Source: Woeseiaceae bacterium | Lineage (GTDB): Bacteria > Pseudomonadota > Gammaproteobacteria > Steroidobacterales > Woeseiaceae | Assembly (NCBI GenBank): GCA_013138675.1 | Contig: WTCH01000145.1 | Location: forward strand, 1-45,374 | DNA: 45,374 nt | Direction: 5' to 3' | Shown here: positions 8,163 through 16,153 of the stretch, piece by piece | Position numbering within the stretch: position 1 is the stretch's first letter | Layout of the letters: the number at the start of each line of letters is the position of its first letter | The notes under the pieces: model-generated | The model's database searches: none | What the model was told of the DNA's origin: nothing | The model's input: the letters and a program-made list of their open reading frames with translations, nothing else | Translations under genes and position numbers: made by a program

Positions 8163-10648
8163 TCTTCGACTTGATCCTCAGGCACTGTTAGCAACAGGAT
8201 GCTGTGGCGGATTTCCTCACCGAGCACGAGGCGCGCATCCGCACCAATGCCGACGATATCGTCGTCGTATTCGAGCAATCCATCACCGTTTCGCCGTAAC
8301 ACGTCCTGATCCTGTAGTTTCCTGATGAAATCGTGAAACAGCGTTTTATTAAAGAAATCGGGCGAATGCAATCCGTAGATCATCGAAAGGCGCTCAGCAC
8401 TGAGCTGACACATTCGCTCAAGTCGCACGCGCGACAGGGTGCCCGAACCGTGCTGCACGAGAATGGCTACGACCAGGTAGAATCTCTGCAACATCGGCAC
8501 CATCGCCTGTCCCAGCATCATAAGCTGGTAGGCCTCAGCAGAGCCGGCAGGCGGTCGCTCAAGTGCTGACTTGCGCTTGCGGCGAATCAGGAGTCCCTGG
8601 TCGACGAGCGCATCGACTGCCTGCGTTGTCACCTGATCAACTTCATCGTCACCCCATTGCAGGCACAACTCCTTGCGCATGAACGGGTAGATCAGGTTCA
8701 CAAGCCGCTGAATTTCAGCAAGCGGCAGCTCCCGTCCCTGGATGAAGCAACACGCGACCGACGCCGGCACCGCGAGCAGGTGCAGTATGTTATTGCGGAA
8801 AAAGGTCAGCAGCACCGCCGTACTTTCGGTCATGTGAATCACATCACCCATCGGATGTGATGTCCGGCTTATGGCATTGAGCTTCTCACCGTGTGCAATA
8901 ATTTCATCGGGGTCCATATCCGGTATGGTCACCGAATCGGAATAATGGAAGCGCTTCAATAAATCGAGGCTCAATTGAAGCTGTGAGCGCAGCTCCTGGG
9001 CACCGATCGTCTGCTTTGGGGTCGCAAGCAAGACGTAGGCCAGCAGGCTGATTGGAGTGACTGCCGCCGCGGCATTTATACCGCTCATAATGCTTTGACC
9101 AAGTTTATCGACAACCTCGTTTAGCCAGGCTGGTCGTTCGCCGTTACCTATCGGCATATTGCGCCAGTCCGACTGCATGCCGTCGAGCATGTTGTCCAAA
9201 TCGATGGGCTCGCCAATGTTGACGTACACGTGACCGAAATTTTCACGCAGACCCTTGATTGATCGAATCAGGCCCAGCAGCGACTCCGTTTGTTTCGCGC
9301 CACCGCCGAGCTCATTGATAAAGGAATCCCCCTCAATCAGTTTTTCGTAACCGAAGTAAATCGGTACGAATACGACCGGGCGTTTGGGATCCTGGATGTA
9401 GGAGTTCACGGTCATCGCCAGCATGCCGCCCTTTGGCGACAGCAGTCGTCCCGTGCGGCTACGCCCGCCTTCAACGAAGTACTCGATCGAATAACCGCGC
9501 AGCAAGATCTGGTACAGGTAGGCATCGAATACAGCAGCATACAGGCGATTTCCTTTAAAGCTGCGGCGCAGGAAAAACGCCCCGCCACGCCGCAAAATCG
9601 GGCCGACGACTGGTAAATTGAGGTTGATGCCCGCTGCGATATGCGGCAGCTGCAATCCCTTCTCATAGCAGATGTAGCTCAACAACATGTAGTCGAAATG
9701 ACTCCGGTGGCATGGTACGTAGACCACGACTTTTTCTTTTGCGAGGTCGCGTAACCGCTCCGTATTGCCAAGCTCGATACCGTCATAGATCCGGTTCCAC
9801 AACCAGCGCAGTATGCCCACCAGGAATCGGATAGTCGGGTAAGAAATATCGGCAGCGATCTCCTGCACGTACTTGTGGACCTTGTGCTCTGCCTGTTCCA
9901 GTTTCTTTGCGTCATCGCTAGCTTCCGCCGCAATCGCACGCTTCACATTGGGTGCAAGCAGCACCTGCCTCGCAAGTGTGCGGCGGTGCGACAGGTCGGG
10001 CCCCACGGTCACGGTACGCCGTTTGCGAAAATGCACTCGGAGAATCCGCGACACTTTGCGAAATGCAATATTGGGCTCGACACCGTCCTGCACGATTGAG
10101 CTCAACGCCAGCGCATGGCTAAACCGCATCAGGGTATTGCGACCATGCAAAAGCGTCGCAAAGAATTTTCGCGTTCGCCCTGCAACATCCCAGTTCTCGG
10201 CGAACAGCAACTTGAACAGTGAATGTTCCTTGTCCGGCGAGCGACCCCAGTAGATTGCGACGGGGATTAATAGCAGGTCGTCGCTGATGTTCTTCCCTGC
10301 ATCCACAAGGGTGCGCAGGCGACGCGAGCCCGATGCCGACGGTCGCCGGAAAAAGATGCCGCTGAGCGGCCGAAGTACGACAAAACGTCTCGAGAACCGC
10401 TGGCCGCCGAAATAGAACGATTCACTCGGTGGCGGCAGGCCATTCTTCGCGCAGGCGCGCTCCAGCGCAAGCACGTCGGCGAGCCCACCGGTCTCCAGCA
10501 CGTAGCAAATGGCCGCATCGCCGTCGGTGATCAGTTCGGCCGGTGCTTCCGGCTGCACGCTCGGGCGCGCCCATACGGCGAACAGCTTGCCGGCCAGCCA
10601 GTAAAGTGGCCGGAAAATAAGAAACGCAAAGTCTAAAAGGTGACGCAC
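8159..10648 (-). CDS. plsB: glycerol-3-phosphate 1-O-acyltransferase PlsB
   Basis: 829 aa. Acyltransferase motif VPCHRSHFDYMLLSY, then FFLRRSF, then IEYFVEGGRSRTGRLL. ATGA junction with trhO. Confidence 0.95.
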   Translation of the reverse strand: MRHLLDFAFLIFRPLYWLAGKLFAVWARPSVQPEAPAELITDGDAAICYVLETGGLADVLALERACAKNGLPPPSESFYFGGQRFSRRFVVLRPLSGIFFRRPSASGSRRLRTLVDAGKNISDDLLLIPVAIYWGRSPDKEHSLFKLLFAENWDVAGRTRKFFATLLHGRNTLMRFSHALALSSIVQDGVEPNIAFRKVSRILRVHFRKRRTVTVGPDLSHRRTLARQVLLAPNVKRAIAAEASDDAKKLEQAEHKVHKYVQEIAADISYPTIRFLVGILRWLWNRIYDGIELGNTERLRDLAKEKVVVYVPCHRSHFDYMLLSYICYEKGLQLPHIAAGINLNLPVVGPILRRGGAFFLRRSFKGNRLYAAVFDAYLYQILLRGYSIEYFVEGGRSRTGRLLSPKGGMLAMTVNSYIQDPKRPVVFVPIYFGYEKLIEGDSFINELGGGAKQTESLLGLIRSIKGLRENFGHVYVNIGEPIDLDNMLDGMQSDWRNMPIGNGERPAWLNEVVDKLGQSIMSGINAAAAVTPISLLAYVLLATPKQTIGAQELRSQLQLSLDLLKRFHYSDSVTIPDMDPDEIIAHGEKLNAISRTSHPMGDVIHMTESTAVLLTFFRNNILHLLAVPASVACCFIQGRELPLAEIQRLVNLIYPFMRKELCLQWGDDEVDQVTTQAVDALVDQGLLIRRKRKSALERPPAGSAEAYQLMMLGQAMVPMLQRFYLVVAILVQHGSGTLSRVRLERMCQLSAERLSMIYGLHSPDFFNKTLFHDFIRKLQDQDVLRRNGDGLLEYDDDIVGIGADARLVLGEEIRHSILLLTVPEDQVEE

Positions 10649-10675
10649 TGGCGAACAGCGCTCCTGCCGGGCCGT

Positions 10676-10951
10676 CTAGTCGTTGACGGCCTCTTCGATT
10701 TCTTTCTCGATGTCTTCGGCGTGTTTCTCCATGACCTCGCCGACGCCCTCTGCCTTGTCAAGCGCGTCGTGATAGGCATCACCGAGCTTCTCAGTCCCGT
10801 CTTCGACGGCATCGCCGACAGCGTCGGCAACATCTTCCAATTCCTCGGCGACGTCTTTCATCTCGTCAGCAATGCGATCCATATTCGAATCGTCAGATGA
10901 TTCGCCGCAACCTGCGAATACGAAGGCGATCAGTACGAGCAGAATTTTCAT
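10676..10951 (-). CDS. small acidic lipoprotein with 11-residue helical repeats
   Basis: Signal peptide MKILLVLIAFVFAGC. The mature part is about 40% Asp/Glu with recurring GDA/EDx spacing of 11 residues. Confidence 0.6.
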   Translation of the reverse strand: MKILLVLIAFVFAGCGESSDDSNMDRIADEMKDVAEELEDVADAVGDAVEDGTEKLGDAYHDALDKAEGVGEVMEKHAEDIEKEIEEAVND

Positions 10952-10973
10952 GGCATTCCTCTCATCATTATTC

Positions 10974-10993
10974 GGCCCTGAAGGGCCTCCTAC
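10974..10993 (-). repeat. REP-like hairpin (GTAGGAGGCCCTTCAGGGCC on the minus strand)
   Basis: Variant of the 42576 / 42600 / 44599 element. Its CTA (10990-10992) is the stop codon of the upstream hydrolase gene. Confidence 0.7.
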
Positions 10994-11493
10994 GCTTGAT
11001 CAATTTTTTCAATAAATCGACCTAAATAATAGTTGATCTCGTCGATATTTTCGGTAAGTCGATGATCGCCGTCGATCACGTGCAGCTCAGCGTGGCACTG
11101 GCCCGCAAAGCGTATGCTGTTCTCGACTGGTATAACGTCGTCTCGCCAGCCATGCACGATCGCTATCGGCAGGTTCGGTGGCACCGGCGTCAATTCCTCA
11201 TAGCCGGTCATATAGTAAGCAGGCGCCAGTACAAATAGTCCCGCCGCGCCTAGCTCTGCGGCCGCGGCTGTGGCCACGTGTCCGCCCATACTCGAGCCGA
11301 CCAAGAGCAAGGGTCCATCAATATCCCGGCACTCCAGTATGAGCTTACGCACCCGCTCATTCGGGTCGGCAATTCCCTGGTAGTCGACGCTGCCTACCCC
11401 ACAACCCATATCTTCCGCTTGCTCAGCCATCGCGCGGATTTTTGTTCCCCAGGGCCCGCTTTCCTGCCCGTGCGAGAAAATTACGGTTGTCAT
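10990..11493 (-). CDS. small alpha/beta hydrolase (esterase-like)
   Basis: Start trimmed to MTTVIFSHGQESGP. Nucleophile elbow GSSMGG, plus a late GDHRL His motif. ATGA overlap with the upstream gene. Confidence 0.7.
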   Translation of the reverse strand: MTTVIFSHGQESGPWGTKIRAMAEQAEDMGCGVGSVDYQGIADPNERVRKLILECRDIDGPLLLVGSSMGGHVATAAAAELGAAGLFVLAPAYYMTGYEELTPVPPNLPIAIVHGWRDDVIPVENSIRFAGQCHAELHVIDGDHRLTENIDEINYYLGRFIEKIDQA

Positions 11494-12830
11494 ATCAGTA
11501 TTCCCTCTCCTGTATCGCAAAGTTCCTCGATGTGGCGGGCCAGCAACCAGTCCCTGTCCTGCCCCCAGACAACGTAGTCACCCAGCCGAATCGTCGGCAC
11601 ACCCCACGAGCCAGAATCAAACATCGATTCGCGATTTTCCTCGACTTCTTGTCGCCATGACTCGTCTTCCATGGCGGCCAGGACATCAGGCCAGAACAAA
11701 CCGCAGCGGCCGGTCACCTTGCGCATGCCCTTGTCTGTCGCTACATCGATAGCCCGTGACCAGATCGCTTCACCGGCGTGCAACAGGAAATCCCGCTCCC
11801 GCCTTTCACCCTGCGCATAAAAGAAAACGGCCAGGCAACGTTCAACTCCGATACCGACCGGGTCAGCGAAATGACCGTAAGGAATGTCCAGGCGGCGCGC
11901 CTCCCGACTGGTGTCTTTGGCGATGTAGGCGAGTTTCCGCTGCGGAACCTGCATGCCTCGCATGACCATCGGCAGCACCGGTCGCACGACGAGCTTCAGT
12001 TTAAATGCATCAGCGATCGCAAAGGCTCGCTGCAGGCATAGATAGGAATACGGGCTGCGGAACGAATAGAAGAGCTCCAGGGGCGGCAGGTCCCGCGCAG
12101 CGCCAGGTGGCGCAACAGGCAACGTCGTCTGCATGACCTGCCGAATCGAGGCGAGCCTGGCAATGGACGCTGATTCGTGGCGCGCGCCAAGCACATCCAG
12201 CCGTTCGAGCAGGTAGTGCAGGCGATCGACACCCCAATACCATTCGCCGGCGTAGTGCAGCGTAGCCGAATTGTAGTGCCCGAACTCCTGCAAGCGCTTC
12301 TGGTTCGCCGCCAGCATCGCATCGCCTTCGCCAGTTATCCCGGCGCCGGCCAGGCGCCTGGCAACACCCTCTGAGTCACCACGCCAATAGGATGTAATCG
12401 CCGCGAGCAATTCACTCCCGAAATCCGGCGTGCCGCTGCTTGCCGCCAGGCTGTCAATCAGTGCGCGCCGATGCTCGACCGCGGGAGCAGCCCCTTTGTC
12501 GAGAAACGGCACGCCAAGTTCGGCAGCGAGCCGGGCACAATCCTGGCCAGCGTATACAGCCAGCATCTCAGGCTCCGGACGGTGGGCCGGGTCAGTGCAT
12601 GACTCGGTCAGGTAGTAGCGCAGTTCAATGTCATAGGCGGACGCCAGGTCCGGCAGGTAATGGGCCAGCAGATAAGAGTAAGGATCGTCGAGTTCGAGAA
12701 AGACAGATACAACATGCGCACGTCGACCAAGCTTGCGGCCGGATTCGGCCAGTGAGCGCTTCAGCGTTTGCGTCTTCTCGCTGACCAGCAGGTTGATCAG
12801 CTTCGAGCGCAACTTGTTGCGAATGCTCAT
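11490..12830 (-). CDS. tandem DsbA-like / 2-hydroxychromene-2-carboxylate isomerase family protein (two thioredoxin-fold domains)
   Basis: Two copies of the family N-terminal signature are present (VFLELDDPYSYLLAHYL and ELFYSFRSPYSYLCLQRA). The C-terminal WGVPTIRLGDYVVWGQDR matches HCCA-isomerase-like proteins. Confidence 0.65.
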   Translation of the reverse strand: MSIRNKLRSKLINLLVSEKTQTLKRSLAESGRKLGRRAHVVSVFLELDDPYSYLLAHYLPDLASAYDIELRYYLTESCTDPAHRPEPEMLAVYAGQDCARLAAELGVPFLDKGAAPAVEHRRALIDSLAASSGTPDFGSELLAAITSYWRGDSEGVARRLAGAGITGEGDAMLAANQKRLQEFGHYNSATLHYAGEWYWGVDRLHYLLERLDVLGARHESASIARLASIRQVMQTTLPVAPPGAARDLPPLELFYSFRSPYSYLCLQRAFAIADAFKLKLVVRPVLPMVMRGMQVPQRKLAYIAKDTSREARRLDIPYGHFADPVGIGVERCLAVFFYAQGERRERDFLLHAGEAIWSRAIDVATDKGMRKVTGRCGLFWPDVLAAMEDESWRQEVEENRESMFDSGSWGVPTIRLGDYVVWGQDRDWLLARHIEELCDTGEGILI

Positions 12831-13186
12831 TCGTCGTCCCAGGCCGACGTCGGCTTCCACAACAACTCGTCGAGGTCTGGCTGCCAGCGATACTTTTTCA
12901 TGTCGACCTTGCCTGCCATGACGGCAACGTCTTCCATCATAAGGCGTTTGCTCTGCTCTTTGTATGCGCGACTGCCTTTCTCAAGCGCGATCTTTCCCGA
13001 TGCCTGCAGGACGCGATGCCAGGGTACACCGTGACCATCGGGCAAATGCCGCAGCGCGTAACCGACCTGGCGAGCGCCACGCGGGATACCGGCGATATCA
13101 GCAATCTGACCGTAACTCGCAACACAGCCTTTCGGAATCTCGGCGATCGTCTCCCAGATACGGTGCATGCGGGCAATACGATCCAT
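12827..13186 (-). CDS. ybaZ: alkyltransferase-like protein (ATL / YbaZ; MGMT DNA-binding domain without the catalytic Cys)
   Basis: IPKGCVASYGQIADIAGIPRGARQVG...VPWHRV is collinear with E. coli YbaZ. PWHRV replaces the PCHRV motif of active methyltransferases. Confidence 0.8.
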   Translation of the reverse strand: MDRIARMHRIWETIAEIPKGCVASYGQIADIAGIPRGARQVGYALRHLPDGHGVPWHRVLQASGKIALEKGSRAYKEQSKRLMMEDVAVMAGKVDMKKYRWQPDLDELLWKPTSAWDDE

Positions 13187-13187
13187 A

Positions 13188-14579
13188 TCAGCTTAGCCCG
13201 AGACGCGCCTGGATCTCGCGCCTGGCATCGGAGAGCACGGTATCGCGATCGAGACTGTTGAGAATCTGTTTGACGACATGTTTTGGTCCGCCCTCGCCCC
13301 AGGACTTGCCCTGTCCGAGATACTTCGATGCGACCTGCCCGACGACATAGGTGCTGTAGTACGCGATCGCACCCTGCGCCCCCGCGGTAACGATCGTGGA
13401 CAACCCTGCCGTCCCCACCTTGAGCGCACTCGAAACGAAATGCAGCGCCCAGACCGTGCCCATCAGCGCGGCTGACTCCGCGACAATCACCTTAACGAGT
13501 GAGCCGGCCTCTTTCTGGCTCAGCGGCAGGTCGTAGACGCGCGACAGGTGCACGACCATACCGACGTCAATGAAGGCTGCGGCAAACAGGTCTGCGACGG
13601 GCACCGGGTTGAAGGCGACGGCAATGCCTTTGCCTACGCAGTAGGTGCGTACGAGCTTCTCCCCAATTTCACGTCGTGCGGCGAGTATGCGCCGTCCCAC
13701 CTGGTCGCTGAGGTCTGCGGCGAACAGGCTGGCATTCAGTGCAGCAAGTGTTTTGCCCTCGGCATCCAGTATGTCCCACAGCCGCAGCCGCAGTTTTTCG
13801 ACATCGGGCTCTCTTTGTCGCTCACACTCAGTTTCATTTCCGTTTTCGTCAACCTCGACAACAATTTGCGGCCGCGGCTGCGCAGCGACAGCAAGGATAT
13901 GAGCAGGCTCAACCATGCCATCCGTTTTGTCGCGTATCGATTGCAACAGCGCCGCTTTCTCATCACTGGTGAACAAGTCGCTCTTGTTGAGTGCCAGTAG
14001 CACCGGGCGGCCCTGCGCCAGGAGAGTGCGCAAAGCGTGCAGCTCGGTATCGGTGATATCGCTGTCGAGTACGAAGATGACCAGGTCCGAGCGGCCGGCA
14101 ACCTCGCGCGCCATCGCCTCACGATCTTCGCCACCGGCTTCGTCCAGGCCGGGCGTATCAATCAGAAACACCCCGCCTGCCTCGACCTCGCTCCATGGCT
14201 GCATCGACGAGTGCCGCGTCTCCCCGTGCAGGGGGCTCACCGAAAAGGCCTCCTCACCGATCAACGCGTTCAACAAAGACGACTTGCCCGTGCTGACCCG
14301 ACCAAAAACGGCAAGATGCAGATATCCGTGTTCGAGCTTGTCGAACATGCCCTCAACGGCTTCGTAATCGTGTGCCAGAGATTCGCGCACACCATCGGGA
14401 AGGCGTGCGTCGTTGATTAATTCGCGCAGGCTTTCGCGCGCGAGTTCGAGATGATCTGAACCGTCGTTCGTTCCGGCTTCAGCTGTCGCCCGGTTTTTCT
14501 TCCAGGGCCATTTTGGCAACGTGGCGAACGCCCGCTTCAATATGTTCACTGATGCCTTCCTCGAATTCTTTCGCGGCAA
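13188..14579 (-). CDS. GTPase fused to DUF697/YcjF-like membrane-associated domain (paralogue 2)
   Basis: G1 GRVSTGKSS, G3 DTPG, G4 NKSD. The C-terminus is Gly/Ala-rich and hydrophobic. The start is uncertain: TTG 14579 overlaps the upstream gene by 101 nt, and the alternatives are GTG 14549 or GTG 14390. Confidence 0.7.
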   Translation of the reverse strand: MPRKNSRKASVNILKRAFATLPKWPWKKNRATAEAGTNDGSDHLELARESLRELINDARLPDGVRESLAHDYEAVEGMFDKLEHGYLHLAVFGRVSTGKSSLLNALIGEEAFSVSPLHGETRHSSMQPWSEVEAGGVFLIDTPGLDEAGGEDREAMAREVAGRSDLVIFVLDSDITDTELHALRTLLAQGRPVLLALNKSDLFTSDEKAALLQSIRDKTDGMVEPAHILAVAAQPRPQIVVEVDENGNETECERQREPDVEKLRLRLWDILDAEGKTLAALNASLFAADLSDQVGRRILAARREIGEKLVRTYCVGKGIAVAFNPVPVADLFAAAFIDVGMVVHLSRVYDLPLSQKEAGSLVKVIVAESAALMGTVWALHFVSSALKVGTAGLSTIVTAGAQGAIAYYSTYVVGQVASKYLGQGKSWGEGGPKHVVKQILNSLDRDTVLSDARREIQARLGLS

Positions 14580-15972
14580 CCTCAGGCACGAGCTCCCCGT
14601 GCTTTGACAACGTCATGACCAGACTTCGGCCCAGTGCATCGAAAATCAGTCCATAGGCCACGGCGTGAACCAGGCCGCCTGCTACCGTGCCAATGCCCGG
14701 AAATGCTTTCAGGCCGTTGCCGGCAACGGCCAGCGACAACGGCAGCGCACGCCCTACACGACTCTGGCTGAGGTTCAGAAATTCTTCGATGTCGAGATCA
14801 CGCGGCGTTGCGTCGTACAGCTTACAGAGTTCCTGGGTCATTGCGGTGCCTATGTAGCCCTGTATGAGCACATCGGTACCTGGACTTACAGCTGCAAGTG
14901 CTCCAACAACCGCCTTTCGCGTGCCATTGCGAATGATCTGCTCTGAACGCTGCACACGATACTGCGCTTCGGCCTCAGCCAGCTTGTCTGCCGCGAGCCT
15001 GAATACGGCGCGGTCGCGTCGCTCATCGATCTCCGCGGGATCTTCAAGCAGGCGATTGATAGCGACTACGAGAACGCCGATGTCAGCGGGGCGCTGGCGC
15101 TTCGTGGTCGATTCCAACCCGTTACTGGTCCGCTCGATAACGTCGGCCGCTCCTCCCGCTGTAACGGCGACGACGCGGTCCCTTTCGATTTCACCGCCCG
15201 CACGATCAAGATGTTCGAGCAAGCGTTGCATTAACGCAGCCTGCTCCTCGACTCCGAAACGATCGGATTTATTCATGACCATGACGAGTGGTTTGCCGAG
15301 AGACAACAGTTGCTCAACAGCTCCGGCTTCGGGGCGTGTCAGATCGCCATCACAAACAAACAACACAACATGTGAGCGTTGTGCTTCCTGCATCGCCACG
15401 TCGCCCAGACCTTCTTCATGGCCACCCATCCCCGGTACGTCGGTAAGCAGGATTTCATTGCCGGCGTCATTGCGCCATCGATAGTGCTGTACATCCGTTG
15501 TCGACCCGCCGAGCACATCGACAGAGACATCGGCCGTAGGAACGAGCGCCCTGATCAGCGAACTTTTGCCGGTGCTGATCTCACCAAAGAAGCACAAATG
15601 GATCGCCCCGCTTGCCTGGCGCGTTGCGAGTTCCTGCAGTTCCGACTGTGCCGCGCCAACATCGACACCGGCTGCTTCGGCCTCTTCAAGCCGGGCGCGA
15701 ATGTCAGACTGCGTGAGTTTTCGGGCCGCCTTCGTCCTGACATCGGGGATCTTTCGGCGCACGACCAGTCGCCAGATAAGCCAAAGCGCGGCAACAACCA
15801 GCACGACCATGATGGCCATATAACCGTACAGCAGAACCTTCGGGCCCTCGACGAGGCGGTCCCACACGTTGAGCGCCGACTCCGTGATGAACAGCAGTGC
15901 GCCGATCGCCACGACGAATAACAGCCCGATGACTGCTGCAATGCCGATCCTGATGAAACGGTCGAGTTTCAT
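14479..15972 (-). CDS. membrane-anchored GTPase fused to DUF697/YcjF-like domain (paralogue 1)
   Basis: ATG at 15972 (MKLDRFIRIG). Two N-terminal TM helices. G1 GEISTGKSS, G3 DVPG, G4 NKSD. Hydrophobic C-terminal module GNGLKAFPGIGTVAGGLVHAVAYG. Confidence 0.75.
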   Translation of the reverse strand: MKLDRFIRIGIAAVIGLLFVVAIGALLFITESALNVWDRLVEGPKVLLYGYMAIMVVLVVAALWLIWRLVVRRKIPDVRTKAARKLTQSDIRARLEEAEAAGVDVGAAQSELQELATRQASGAIHLCFFGEISTGKSSLIRALVPTADVSVDVLGGSTTDVQHYRWRNDAGNEILLTDVPGMGGHEEGLGDVAMQEAQRSHVVLFVCDGDLTRPEAGAVEQLLSLGKPLVMVMNKSDRFGVEEQAALMQRLLEHLDRAGGEIERDRVVAVTAGGAADVIERTSNGLESTTKRQRPADIGVLVVAINRLLEDPAEIDERRDRAVFRLAADKLAEAEAQYRVQRSEQIIRNGTRKAVVGALAAVSPGTDVLIQGYIGTAMTQELCKLYDATPRDLDIEEFLNLSQSRVGRALPLSLAVAGNGLKAFPGIGTVAGGLVHAVAYGLIFDALGRSLVMTLSKHGELVPEVAAKEFEEGISEHIEAGVRHVAKMALEEKPGDS

Positions 15973-16082
15973 AGTGATGCAGCTTGCCACACATCACCCG
16001 CAGGCGGCATATTCCTCACCTGCATGGCTCGGTTGACCGGCAACATCCTGTCGCCGGCCCTTCGGGCGCACTTCGTGCGTCC

Positions 16083-16103
16083 AAAACCGCTCCAAGCGGT
16101 TTT
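16083..16103 (-). terminator. possible bidirectional intrinsic terminator downstream of the DUF885 gene
   Basis: AAAACCGCT-cca-AGCGGTTTT forms a 9-bp stem with A/T tracts on both sides. The GC core is short, so the call is weak. Confidence 0.4.
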
Positions 16104-16153
16104 GTCACTGCGCTTTACTTCCGGTGACGAACATCCTGCCCGCGGGCGATCTC

